NCBI GenBank assembly: GCA_044892525.1
Contig: CM097887.1
Span: 41,292,001 to 41,356,000, forward strand
Direction: 5' to 3'
DNA length: 64,000 nucleotides
Origin: Schmidtea polychroa
Taxonomy: Eukaryota
Every line of letters begins with the position of its first letter. Position 1 is the stretch's first letter. The position numbers were made by a program, and so were the translations under genes. The notes below the pieces were generated by a model. That model was not told where the DNA came from, did no database searches, and worked only from the letters and a program-made list of their open reading frames with translations. Below, in pieces: positions 30,601 through 36,412 of the stretch.

Positions 30601-31594
30601 AATGATAATTATGCTTACCATGATAGAGTTAGTAACAGCTCAGGGAGGGACGAGAACGATAAAAGAAACCAAAGAAGCGGAGAATCAAGATAGCAAAGAG
30701 GATGAACTAAAGCAAGAAAAGAAAAAGCAAGCACAAGAGCAGCAGTGGGATTTAAAGGAAGAATGGGACTTAAAGGAAAGGTGCATACTAGGAAGATGCA
30801 TGTCTAGAGCGTATCAGAAACTAGTACTGATAAATGAGGCCACAGAACCAATAACAGAAGTAAGAATACAAGAAGCATACCGAAATCGAGACGGGAAGAG
30901 AATAACGAACGTCAAAGGAAAAGAGGTACACCTAGGAAAAGGTGGTGAAGTAGTAATAACGCAGATCCAACCTAGAAAAGAGCACAAAGTCTGTATTTCA
31001 AGATTAGGACCAGGCGAGAGATGCCATCAATATGTGACGCAGCAGCAGCCGCCGAAAGAATACACGGTTTGTATCTGGAGGAATGAATCAAAAAGAGAAT
31101 GCCGACGATACCCGGGGAAAAGAGGAAAGAAAAGAAAAAACCACGACGAAAAGAACGAAGGAGGAAAGCACAAGAAAACTGGTGAGGAAGCTCAGGACAA
31201 CTATGTTTCGGAGGAAGAGATGGAAAAAATACAAAAGATGGCAAAGGAGGGTATGAACGAGGAAATAGCAAGAATACGGGAAATGATGAAAGGAAATGGC
31301 AAAAGAGGAAACGAGAAAAGTACAGAAGCGATATCAACATTAACAAACAAGGAAAAACCAGAGAGTATAAGCGTGAAGCAGATGATGTGGATCAGTGGGA
31401 TAATAATAACAGGGGCATTCCTAATCATAACGGGGGGAACAATAAAAATAATTAAGGATAAACGACATCGCGGAGAACTAGAGATGACTCGAATCAGAAA
31501 TTTCCAACATCGAGTGAAACGACCAAGTGATATCAAACAAGAACAGTGGGTGGAGGCCTGGAACGCTCAGCGCCCTCCAAACTCACGTATATAG
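17741..31594 (+). CDS. gag-env-pol: 4,617-aa Gag-Ubl-Bcl2-Env(G)-PR-RT-RH-IN-ANK-TM polyprotein
   Basis: Single frame, with no stop codon or frameshift. Motifs: DTG (24971), YIDD (26189), TDAS (26633), HHCC zinc finger and D-D35E (27491, 27671, 27779), GPY motif near 28205. Confidence 0.97.
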   Translation: MTNVVKTDEYKEKFRGEPFNGNANKLASFITNFEVYITVCGWTPEAISKRMPLFLCDSALEVYLEAKERDTKLEKWEDIKTFLKKTFGASKPINQALGELANRKQRANESITLYASELRRLAKKAMNGKLPEENLIGYFIEGLRREEVRASVGCQMCKTLEEAIDWATRCELHLPAQMNIMQEEGRIATAIAKADNGDNNNQEPKMNQFIPGAHQIFKPPQGRSNGNNGNRNNPNNENNFNNRRNMNDNKQCRTCGKPGHWDRDCYRNSNCNRCGRRGHTENVCQLRGCFDCGQPGHISRDCRERGQQQRPPQRNNNYIANPQRQSNPNEGKQMNVMQEISQMKQMMQQMMRPRQESAPQQTQNIRMMRSTENLNNYEVHQHVQEWQRLQAEEERIKQERNQQRQEQPLRINMMKLVKDMKSQYCYNYGKSPRVVPMTEPEKVKEITTEMKTENSTTILKGNQRIQKIFWKKIKDKIEKEHNKAKTETEDENNKSKEQTSQLNHQMLQESEPEETTIFERKKLKKVPRMRNLQINMMKRTKDVASSDEEEDYVSSLGGEILQLNEISEPPKGEIKEEEGESEITSESEDEDIEIKLRKGKEEAIKQVAEILPVVVRNQEFIDVIPFRRFVQKVMKLERNEKDLIPNEEKSIIKNYMEKMKQADTTRYVIKIGTSRGLERMWIKNTVTDELFDWIREHLGSSRKKEYLYQYQGEQIKPDMHLVDALIWPGETQILKLHKEKQPANLYDWAKDAKAEYDFNIKLKLEQIKQCTLRRNLDKLIKQIQEQVEDNWDLLITRRAPAMYELMSRLRDTEMLRMSDWRTINLIHKYGRLKETQPQRLEITIWLPNEEKRRIKMSNQSTVDDLVSKINQEITEKVRSESSDGMVDDVVMMYDKIILRAEDDTSLSEMGMWDNHQIIRIVPMDEFRTRDVTYQKEIRDRMKTLYQKSTEIIEIHQQWLKEKELQGKITKLNTRSCRRTPWERVWNAESKEWEIRKGTFVETDIGETESESEEEEEEPPEYEEEAREQTSDDESETDVTSESENEARHIHAMRKKEREYADMDGEEAAEAREREEKERYKQLGDILAMGAKNQRRQVVALANIILKTSENIHNLRGMAKAIEEYRQYNEWYPEQLEQIIRKWRNQEWAQDTQERYHIRIKYPDKSIEELEVHPTTKIRELKKKLAYETPFHLQLFGKSLDDNADVGITPMRLEETNVLTMAETLGKPLKRKSKIIKPTQGSLSTPSPNKAPSKSNETEEVEEIILEDSDDEPGERSPLLVRWPTGAEMWTNNQPSTSYQQPTKLNIKEIIDNTTETETDEQFQKQREPTKVTPESQTDKIIDEWNEWLRNNDSSLPRTDNERNPNYENTREAGTMMEKRAKGRPKKQGEKSEFKTKEQLKQEQGQVRLEKLDKIVWDLKEAQPTIERGEKWIRELLKDMLIITNPQLRRLWQRKVASTEARQLWHTISGIIPKLIKEKTKTTKTDWDETKRVIEQLTTNANDDEHHLVVITYLMYNLMGLAARKIPNKQFANHVEMTVSIIENTIEPHIIRAGGWKRLIQAPRKNEQERSMQVRLKKLLNELEWELPMKDPASRKASINSLMMTMMIWMLCTSGATGFTIYDCDNMIMRDKYSLRDIEECRQASPNKLDIVRTKVTYHVYQESDFIRTQARECVVSKKVLAYYCGQYSYSTLILPGLDKEIVSIQREDCKELFRTGALKMHNGVTIHGQTGMIKTESVYVAGKVKSSDGSCNGGTYTIRGEVISGVVVIESYTVELKEYEAQFDANNYQMKTNPACKATENVCRTGVSTIIYEANTQKCRLQLLKSALFNEVKGEIYENENDEDGNDRVRMRNGKPMPPSPREKRLSTQKTPTALITDDPDLGMRFIKEKETTKCDSIVYKTNYAGIYMSRQIIDRAVGKIATEDVKLYLYANNKMDFLFHRGQTTLQKVYYDLIQNDCSLNKEILKTKLAIAITHPDNTMPSLPLPDGHFGRMVGEVMYTYQCTKTYARMPEKSILPEKRCANELEIRYKGQNRFVQPVTRIMNPVGFYPNLFNCSNAYGPLYERPDGKWMMLPGKTISEEPKKFGLIELATELDFKPIDVSNGGMYSPEDLETARLNVLFPARRESILSNMVTITGGTNYQSGPNYELLLSPDHFQQATSNMMKAMWGRFLVFGQMMAGILGIILIIQIVRVILTQMLACFDIYKREKKVNWKMIVGFLPFLAKTMVLHGHSKDIHRIKRLIKILTKIKGTDEEVGRRFRKVMYDEATRRQLKKNKPKFLDRFRSQSSNSDSDGDDNGNDKCLYPNRNPNEKPMETAPYWEKEKTNTWIANGSYIPPDIVGPQAALTMTQNMYPQLPSQPGMLYMPTRRTKSVDQADDVRTIAAMSLPGGPAVTVMIQINGKETNAMIDTGANVSAIAINQIPSKHWKDIESTTIHIIACSKETVDVVGRWWTTLRYQDNEIETYLAVIPKLSVPCIIGTDLMPELLKEVVIDLTTMCLKDKTGRICKMNSVIRCPEKIIVPAKSQMICQIKVDTGMEGEVIFEPSKSFEKRRELPLAREIITINQEGVIPLNITNFEEEDKIIYENEKLGRLTPMMDIELPKVTNEMIKDDELWTIDSMLLTNDEKKKLHRLLVEYKDIFAISDLDLGTCDVTLHAIPLIDETPIALRPYKLAEMQKEIAETEVQKMLDAKVIEPSCSPWQFPVVMVKKKDGTQRFCIDYRKLNAVTKRDTYPLPDINEMLLMLQGAAYFTSLDLKSGYWQIKVKDEDKEKTAFTLGRDLYQFRKMPFGLTNAPASFQRCMNFVTHGIKQCMVYIDDLLIYSATFEQHLEDIRNVFIRLRQWKLKLKPSKCDWAKEKVTFLGHIVSAKGKEPDPRNIEKIKTCPAPKTVTQVQEFLGLCGYYRKFIKNYAGIAKPIQELVKKDISFLWGKEQQEAFETLRDKLIEAPILVHPDFKKPFLLATDASGYAAGAILGQLDDEGKERVIGYYSRTFKKHEKNYSVTEREALAIIQAIKHFRYLLWGHEICITTDHQPLVWLGQHKEASSRLMRWAMQLQEYSPFIKFKAGRANANADCMSRFIFPDLVDSEMQRICLIVAEDLDFCQLRKDQQEDAELKQIIDYIKTGQTDVYAKDQKLKEHMDKHRHRYIIEKDWLLIMDGEKRLMCIPENRRKELLTQYHDGRLGGHMSSKKTLARMKQKYFWPTLTEDVTEWVKNCLTCATRKNTGSKWKAPLTPMPVPIEPMTMISMDVVGPLPESDKGNVYILVITDFLTKFPEAFAMPDQKAKTIAKILVEEICCRYGTPKQILTDQGTNFMSEIMSEVTNYFKIAKLRTSPYHPQTNGMTERFNGTLIQMLSNYVDRHQRDWDEYINLCLMAYRMSIHASTKMSPFKLMYGRECNMPMDLEYQPPISQYMEIDDYVTKFKERMQEIWETAGLNIKFYQESYKDLHDRKKNVKQHTFQTGDWVMIETPELIPGTTKKLQRNGKGPYEILFVGETNVRVKLVNNPFTRPIYVNVARCKSIPKTATSQPEGRTLTTRSQTYRMNMMQQLAEPITGRLGIQPSEAEKIVKEVKIKIPGWAKDRLDFEILGGLLTMIENYANRERTHPLLRVVKSQWPILFTITDHYGDTPLHKLMKVGNNEQILETIEAFHDCKRSTEQTNNQGYTPLMIAANRGKTKDIITALLDTGSKITTQDHERKNALHHAIEGRSTEAFTSLMELLSYEDNREVGNMYDGLLTAIKEKLTTITGILITWRNPIRNDYMINVNEAFTRGENTLMREAMKGHQLFEIPNQLLERGIKFTNHKDEQLAKKRIDTFEKSLFQFTNQVRNKYWETVSVLYMMDTMNNIRENYLDIIQILTAEERINNPNGKKTKIRYEKSRESKSTTNQTVTNNVIETKSMSIDQEAIIRKAKEVFFEEMLELPDEIILSKIIKAVHTYARDQTTDLDIGKIKTFLPRAFTMVTKDSRTPLQQAILAAKENRAITIVRILGEMGEETNTKNEQGETAMMYAAITKIHPKTLHILHQSGSKLDEKSNEGNSTLDWATIQPNLEMIRFICKNATKEEVENMCKNTSQFQWNAVRKNLEAMKLLLTWRVPQNNKYAINVNEFYENGENAMVKNTLTKGGTPKIILIVLNREDLKFTQNQNEQQRIGKHRRMQLRELVKEWNRKRHAATGRKEFEFEAKLARNRVLTAYRRLLNDINVEDDILNDSGGDKHDDNNGKGRKEDKEKREQEEGKPENKDSDTKREGNSPGTKTKEEEKSNNGKQRVCLPFTNKEIETNMILMIIMLTMIELVTAQGGTRTIKETKEAENQDSKEDELKQEKKKQAQEQQWDLKEEWDLKERCILGRCMSRAYQKLVLINEATEPITEVRIQEAYRNRDGKRITNVKGKEVHLGKGGEVVITQIQPRKEHKVCISRLGPGERCHQYVTQQQPPKEYTVCIWRNESKRECRRYPGKRGKKRKNHDEKNEGGKHKKTGEEAQDNYVSEEEMEKIQKMAKEGMNEEIARIREMMKGNGKRGNEKSTEAISTLTNKEKPESISVKQMMWISGIIITGAFLIITGGTIKIIKDKRHRGELEMTRIRNFQHRVKRPSDIKQEQWVEAWNAQRPPNSRI
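19733..21400 (+). other. Up to three ubiquitin-like domains (19733-19951, 20255-20506, 21203-21400)
   Basis: The third, YHIRIKYPDKSIEELEVHPTTKIRELKKKL...LQLFGKSLDD, follows the ubiquitin pattern. The first two are weaker beta-grasp-like matches. Confidence 0.6.
21960..22420 (+). other. Bcl-2-like helical domain
   Basis: BH2-like IEPHIIRAGGWKRLIQ; degenerate BH1 position (DEHHLVVITYLMYNL); helical amphipathic sequence throughout. Confidence 0.65.
22520..24430 (+). other. env: Chuvirus-like viral fusion glycoprotein with internal signal peptide and TM anchor
   Basis: Signal SINSLMMTMMIWMLCTSGATG|FTIYDC. Conserved motifs YDC..SL..C, C....YYCGQYSYS, DGSCNG, GEVMYTYQC, FVQPVTRI and GGMYS. REKR furin-type site at 23324-23335; TM at 24242-24347. 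Confidence 0.85.
24905..28320 (+). other. pol: Pol: retropepsin, linker, RT, RNase H, integrase
   Basis: AMIDTGANVS; PWQFPVVMVKKKDG..RFCIDYRKLN; YIDD; LATDAS..EREALA..TDH..ADCMSR; H..GH..C..C; MDVVGPLP, TDQG, GMTERFN; GKGPY. All catalytic residues are present. Confidence 0.97.
28613..30180 (+). other. Two ankyrin-repeat modules duplicated with a 340-aa period
   Basis: GDTPLH/GYTPLMIAA/KNALHHA and RTPLQQA/GETAMMYAA/NSTLDWA. Both TPL (28631 vs 29651) and TWR (29006 vs 30026) anchors are offset by exactly 1,020 nt. Confidence 0.85.
30593..31453 (+). other. C-terminal signal peptide + small Cys-containing ectodomain + TM (type I membrane module)
   Basis: MILMIIMLTMIELVTA|Q; FN3-like strands ITQIQPRKEHKVCI and PPKEYTVCIW; TM MMWISGIIITGAFLIITGGTI followed by KIIKDKR. 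Confidence 0.6.
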
Positions 31595-31754
31595 AAAGGA
31601 ATATGACTGTATATAATTGTAAAAAGTAAGTATATCTTATGTATATAACAGTACTATATCTTTATATAAGCGCGGTATCAATATTATACAATAACGGGAA
31701 TCATAAAATAAAATTAAATTTACATAAGAGCTGAAAAGTGTATATAAATTAGGA

Positions 31755-32114
31755 ATGGATCAAGGAAATAACGAAATGAACCACAATACAGTAACTGAAG
31801 AATTATGGAAGCAACAATGTGCCGTATTAGCACAATTAGTGTCCAATTTGCAAGAACAAGGACTGACGATGCACAGAAACCTGATCGAGAGTATGAACAG
31901 AGGATTTAGTTATTTGAAGATAATTGAAGACCAGAGGTTAAAAATCGAACAAATGCAAAGAGAGATAGAGAGGATAACCCAATATAGCCGTCGACAGGAA
32001 ATTGAAATAGACAGAATGATGGAGGAAGCAGAACAGACGGAAATAGAAGACTGGTCGGAATGGCTAATGAATAGAGAGGAGAGCGGACACGAAGCCGACT
32101 CTTCCGAACCCTAA
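31755..32114 (+). CDS. 119-aa coiled-coil accessory protein
   Basis: Same A-rich codon style as the polyprotein; heptad-like E/Q/R-rich sequence. Confidence 0.7.
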   Translation: MDQGNNEMNHNTVTEELWKQQCAVLAQLVSNLQEQGLTMHRNLIESMNRGFSYLKIIEDQRLKIEQMQREIERITQYSRRQEIEIDRMMEEAEQTEIEDWSEWLMNREESGHEADSSEP

Positions 32115-32199
32115 ACCAAACCTAGCTCAAAATGTAAATAATTGTAAATAAAATATCGAACCTGTATCGATAAGAACTATTTGTACATATAATTATAGA

Positions 32200-33588
32200 A
32201 TGGATAAACGACAAAGAGAAGAGTTCAGAGAGATTGTCGAGCAAGTCCGAAAATCTACAACGATCAGAATACACAAACATGTTATGTGCGGAATATGTGA
32301 AAAGTTGTTAAAGGAACCTCACCAAACGCAATGTGGATGCAGAGTATGTAAAGAATGTATCAGTGAAGCAATAAAGAATAGACCACAGAAGTGCCCGGTG
32401 TGTAAAGAGACACTAATATCGAGTTTAGAAGACACTAACGAGGATAAAGCCGCAGTGAAAGACATGTTAAACACCAACCTGGGATGCAAAAATGCCCCAT
32501 GCGAATGGAAAGGAGTAATATGGAAGGTAGTACAACATATGGGAGAATGTATGTACAGAATTGGCCAGTGTGAAAGGTGCCATAAAACCATTCGAGCAAG
32601 CGAAGAAAAAGAGCATCAAAGGCAGTGTGAAGAGAGATTGGAAAGATGTGAACACTGTGGAGAAATAGATACGTGGATAAATCTCACCCTCAAACATCAC
32701 AATGTCCAAGAGGAGAGAGTATGTGCGGAGTTCAGTGGGGAATGCCCAAACGGATGTAACCAAGGGGAAATAATGAAGGTGGCACAGCATCTAAGGGAAT
32801 GCGAAAAGAAAAGAATGACATGTGTACTAGGTAGATGGGGTTGTCAGAAATTACTACACCGAGGTGAGTTACCACATCATTTAGTAGAAAATGCTTCAAC
32901 TCACGCAGAAATGTGGTCGACTGCGTTACAAGAAAGCGAAGAGAAAGTAAAACAAATGGAGATAGAGATAACATCGTTGAAAGTGTTAGTCAAAGAACTA
33001 CTAGAAGAAAGGGAAGCGTTCGAAGAAGCCCGAGCAAACATAAAGATGCAAATAAACCGAACAGAAATTAGTAATAATCAGGCCAAGGAGCTACATCAGA
33101 AAATACGGGAAATAAATCTAAATGAGATAACCCCAACAGCACCCTACATATGGAAAATAACGGGAGTAAAAGAAAGAATACGAAAAGCAAAAACCGGAGA
33201 AGAGACAAGAATAACAAGTCCTACATTCCATTCTTGGAAAAATGGGTACAAAATGAAAATGAAGGTATATCCCAACGGGGACGGAACCGGATTGGATACG
33301 CACTTTTCGATTTTCTTTCTGTTATGTAAAGGAGAATACGACGAAATATTAGAATGGCCGTTCCAGGCAAAAATCGATATTACTCTGATGAACAACCAAA
33401 GTATACATGAGCAAAGCTTCAAAACAACGGGGAATCAAATAGCTTACCAGAGGCCCCTCAACGAAGAAGGATCAGCAACAGGAGCACCCACGTTCATCTC
33501 ACAACAAAGAGTGGAAGATATGGCGAGAAATGATACCATATATATCAAGATGACCGTGAGGAAAGAGGAGAAGGGTAGAACGGAATAA
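32200..33588 (+). CDS. TRAF: Full-length intronless TRAF homolog (RING, TRAF zinc fingers, coiled coil, MATH)
   Basis: CGIC...CGCRVC..C...CPVC; repeated C..C...H...C fingers; MATH motifs YIWKI, GYKMKMKVYPNGDGTGLDTHFSIFF, GEYDEILEWPF. Confidence 0.93.
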   Translation: MDKRQREEFREIVEQVRKSTTIRIHKHVMCGICEKLLKEPHQTQCGCRVCKECISEAIKNRPQKCPVCKETLISSLEDTNEDKAAVKDMLNTNLGCKNAPCEWKGVIWKVVQHMGECMYRIGQCERCHKTIRASEEKEHQRQCEERLERCEHCGEIDTWINLTLKHHNVQEERVCAEFSGECPNGCNQGEIMKVAQHLRECEKKRMTCVLGRWGCQKLLHRGELPHHLVENASTHAEMWSTALQESEEKVKQMEIEITSLKVLVKELLEEREAFEEARANIKMQINRTEISNNQAKELHQKIREINLNEITPTAPYIWKITGVKERIRKAKTGEETRITSPTFHSWKNGYKMKMKVYPNGDGTGLDTHFSIFFLLCKGEYDEILEWPFQAKIDITLMNNQSIHEQSFKTTGNQIAYQRPLNEEGSATGAPTFISQQRVEDMARNDTIYIKMTVRKEEKGRTE

Positions 33589-33726
33589 CCAATCGAATAA
33601 TGTTGTATATAATAATCTGTATATATCGGTGTATATAACCAATAAAATATTATATAATAATAGTATGAAAACCCTAAATACGAAAACCCAAAAATGATGC
33701 GAAAATTTCCCAAGAAACAGTAAATA

Positions 33727-34836
33727 ATGAATAAATTCCTTTTCATAATAAAAAGATTAATCGATGTCTATGATTTAGAGATGACACAAGAGAAAATAAC
33801 CGAAACTGCGATAGCCCCAACCAATGTCAACAAGACACAAATTCCCCGAGAACATAATAAAAAATGGAACAAAGTAATGTTCCAACTAACTAATCTCACC
33901 CGAAATCACATCGAAGAAACTAGAGAAGATGAGAATAGTCAATACCAATGGTTAATACACAACTTAAGAGCGGAAGCAGAAGCATGCAAAAGAGCATCAA
34001 AATGGGCGTCACTAGAAAATACCCGCCAAGAAGCACACAGCCACTACTTAAAGCAGCTAGTGCAGGAAGCGAGAAAAAGACTTACCGATGAGAACACCAA
34101 GCGCGAAGCGGAAAAACAAATAGAAGACAGGAAAATGATGCACTTAGTGGCAGAAGCGAGAAAATGGAAAAGACAAAACAGAGAAATGAAAAAAGAGATG
34201 AAAGAATTGCCCATGAGACTCGGATATGAAAGCGAACAAGGTAAATGGGAGGAGAATTTAATAATAAAGGAAGAATTGAAAAGGTTGAGAAAAGTCGCCG
34301 CCCGAAGCCAAACCTGGCAAACAAAGGCTATGGAGTTTGAGCGACATTTGGCAATGAAGTGCGACATAAGAGAGCACGAGAATGCCGCAATGGAAGAGAT
34401 GATAACCCAACAAGCGGGACGGGTTGTGGAATTAGTAAATCAGGTAGAAGAGATGAAAAGAGACCTTAATGGATTACAAGGATCGCTGGAACAAAGAAAC
34501 ATGGTCCTAGCGGGAAAAAACAGAAAATTAGAAAACGAAAGGAAAATGTACACCGAAAATATTAAAAACTTAGAAATAGAAATTGAAAAATGGAAGGGCG
34601 ACGAGAAAATCAAGGCCCTAGACAAACAGATAGAGGCGAAAGATGAAGAGACAAGGTATCTCACCTATCTGCTCGACGAGGAATTGAATATCACTCGAGC
34701 TCTAAGAGACGAAGTTAGTGAATTGAGAGCTCAAATTCCCCAATATTACCTACCATACGACCCTATTGCGATACAGTTACATTCCGCGGTCGATAGTGAT
34801 GAAGGTTATGTAGGCCAGGAGGAAACCTTCGTATGA
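33727..34836 (+). CDS. 369-aa long coiled-coil protein (possible start 33781)
   Basis: Open frame, E/K/R/L-rich heptads, element-like codon usage. Confidence 0.75.
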   Translation: MNKFLFIIKRLIDVYDLEMTQEKITETAIAPTNVNKTQIPREHNKKWNKVMFQLTNLTRNHIEETREDENSQYQWLIHNLRAEAEACKRASKWASLENTRQEAHSHYLKQLVQEARKRLTDENTKREAEKQIEDRKMMHLVAEARKWKRQNREMKKEMKELPMRLGYESEQGKWEENLIIKEELKRLRKVAARSQTWQTKAMEFERHLAMKCDIREHENAAMEEMITQQAGRVVELVNQVEEMKRDLNGLQGSLEQRNMVLAGKNRKLENERKMYTENIKNLEIEIEKWKGDEKIKALDKQIEAKDEETRYLTYLLDEELNITRALRDEVSELRAQIPQYYLPYDPIAIQLHSAVDSDEGYVGQEETFV

Positions 34837-34950
34837 GGGTGGATGAAAAGATGAAAAACTAAAAACCGGGACGTATATCCCAAACAAAAAAATTAAAGTA
34901 TTGTAAAAGTATTCAAGGGACTATAACCCAAACTATTAAATTTTATATCA

Positions 34951-35703
34951 ATGTATACGTATAAGTCGCACTATAGCGCACCATTAACTGTACATATTAT
35001 AGATATGAAAATCGAGGAAATGATAGAAATTATGAGCGACGTAGAAGAGGGAGAGATTGAGGCAGAAACAACAGAAACACAAACGCTAAAGGCCGAGTTA
35101 CGGGAAGAGAAATACGAAAACGGGAGATTAATAAACAAATACCTGGAGGACCGGAAAATGATAAAGGTGTTAAAGAAAGAGTGCGAAGCGTTGGGGGAAA
35201 TAAAAAGAGAAACGGAAGAGGAAAATGAATGGCTACACGAACAAAGGAAGCGAGGGAAAAACTGGGAAAAGATAGCGGAAGAGCTATGGAAAGAGAGGGC
35301 AAGCTTCAAAGCAAAGGAGGTAATCCAAGACTACTGGAAAACTGAGGCGAAGGAGCGCCAAACAGCTATAAATAAATTAAAACGACAACTAGAAGAAAAC
35401 CAACGGGAAAGTAAAGAAATGAGGAAGTGGGTTCGCAAATATAGAGAAATAGAAAGAAAACATCAACAACAAAATTACCTGCAAGAAAACGAACAAGATC
35501 TCCTACAAATCGAGCTAAAAAGAAACCTTGAAAAGAAAAGGGAAGAAATTAGACGCTTGGAAAAAGAAATTAGACATCTAAAGAGAGAAGCCCGTGAAAA
35601 AGACCGACAATTGGAAATGCTGCCCGAGTTAAGACACAGGGTAATTAAAGCAGAGTCCACCTTGATGAGAATCGGTGAAAATAATCCAAATCAGAACCAT
35701 TAA
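34951..35703 (+). CDS. 250-aa coiled-coil protein (likely start 35005)
   Basis: Open frame with E/K/R-rich heptads. The first 18 codons resemble spacer sequence. Confidence 0.75.
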   Translation: MYTYKSHYSAPLTVHIIDMKIEEMIEIMSDVEEGEIEAETTETQTLKAELREEKYENGRLINKYLEDRKMIKVLKKECEALGEIKRETEEENEWLHEQRKRGKNWEKIAEELWKERASFKAKEVIQDYWKTEAKERQTAINKLKRQLEENQRESKEMRKWVRKYREIERKHQQQNYLQENEQDLLQIELKRNLEKKREEIRRLEKEIRHLKREAREKDRQLEMLPELRHRVIKAESTLMRIGENNPNQNH

Positions 35704-35743
35704 ATTAAGGGTCATTAAAACCAATTGTAAATAAACATAATGA

Positions 35744-36412
35744 ATGTATAATAGTATCATGCGAGGCGAGATGATGATAACAATGATGGTATTGATGATT
35801 CTGATGGAGAACAAACAATTAAACGCCCAACCGAAAATCGTACGAGATTACCGCAATCAAAATCAAGAACCTAAACAAGAATCCGGCAAATGCACATACC
35901 CTATGACCGTAAAAACCCATATCATCCAAACCATTCAATCAACCCGATCCCACATCAACAACATCCAAACAATGTGTAAAAAGAACCCCATTTGTAAAAT
36001 GATAAACAAACAAATCTTCGAACAAAGCCAACAGATCGACCAGTTGGAACAACAAATGCAACAAGAGGATTTTGAAAATCTTGTAGAAAAGCCAAAAACA
36101 CCTCCCGAGATCAATGACACCCATTATCTCATATATGTGGTGATCGCAGAGACCCTCCTCCTATGTCTACCAATATTCATGAAAATTTACGAAATTCGAA
36201 ATAGATGTAGAGTCTCGACATCAATAAGAGTAACCTCGAACCAAAATCCTCAAGAAGTGCCCCTGACAAATCTTAACCCAACCCCATTCCGACCTCGAAC
36301 CCCGAGTAATCAACCAATCCAGCCGAAATCTAATAGTCAGACCTATCTCAACATCAATACCCAAACCAACCAACAGCCGCCAGCAGAAGCATCAATGGTT
36401 AACAGTTCATAA
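35744..36412 (+). CDS. 222-aa predicted type I membrane protein (signal peptide, Cys/coiled-coil ectodomain, TM, Pro/Asn-rich tail)
   Basis: MMITMMVLMILM...LNA|Q; TM YLIYVVIAETLLLCLPIFM followed by KIYEIRNR. Confidence 0.7.
   Translation: MYNSIMRGEMMITMMVLMILMENKQLNAQPKIVRDYRNQNQEPKQESGKCTYPMTVKTHIIQTIQSTRSHINNIQTMCKKNPICKMINKQIFEQSQQIDQLEQQMQQEDFENLVEKPKTPPEINDTHYLIYVVIAETLLLCLPIFMKIYEIRNRCRVSTSIRVTSNQNPQEVPLTNLNPTPFRPRTPSNQPIQPKSNSQTYLNINTQTNQQPPAEASMVNSS

Noticed and set aside
17563-36124. Dozens of 60-150 aa minus-strand ORFs over the element
   Set aside because: These are antisense shadows of A-rich coding sequence (F/L/S-rich, few stops) with no motifs.
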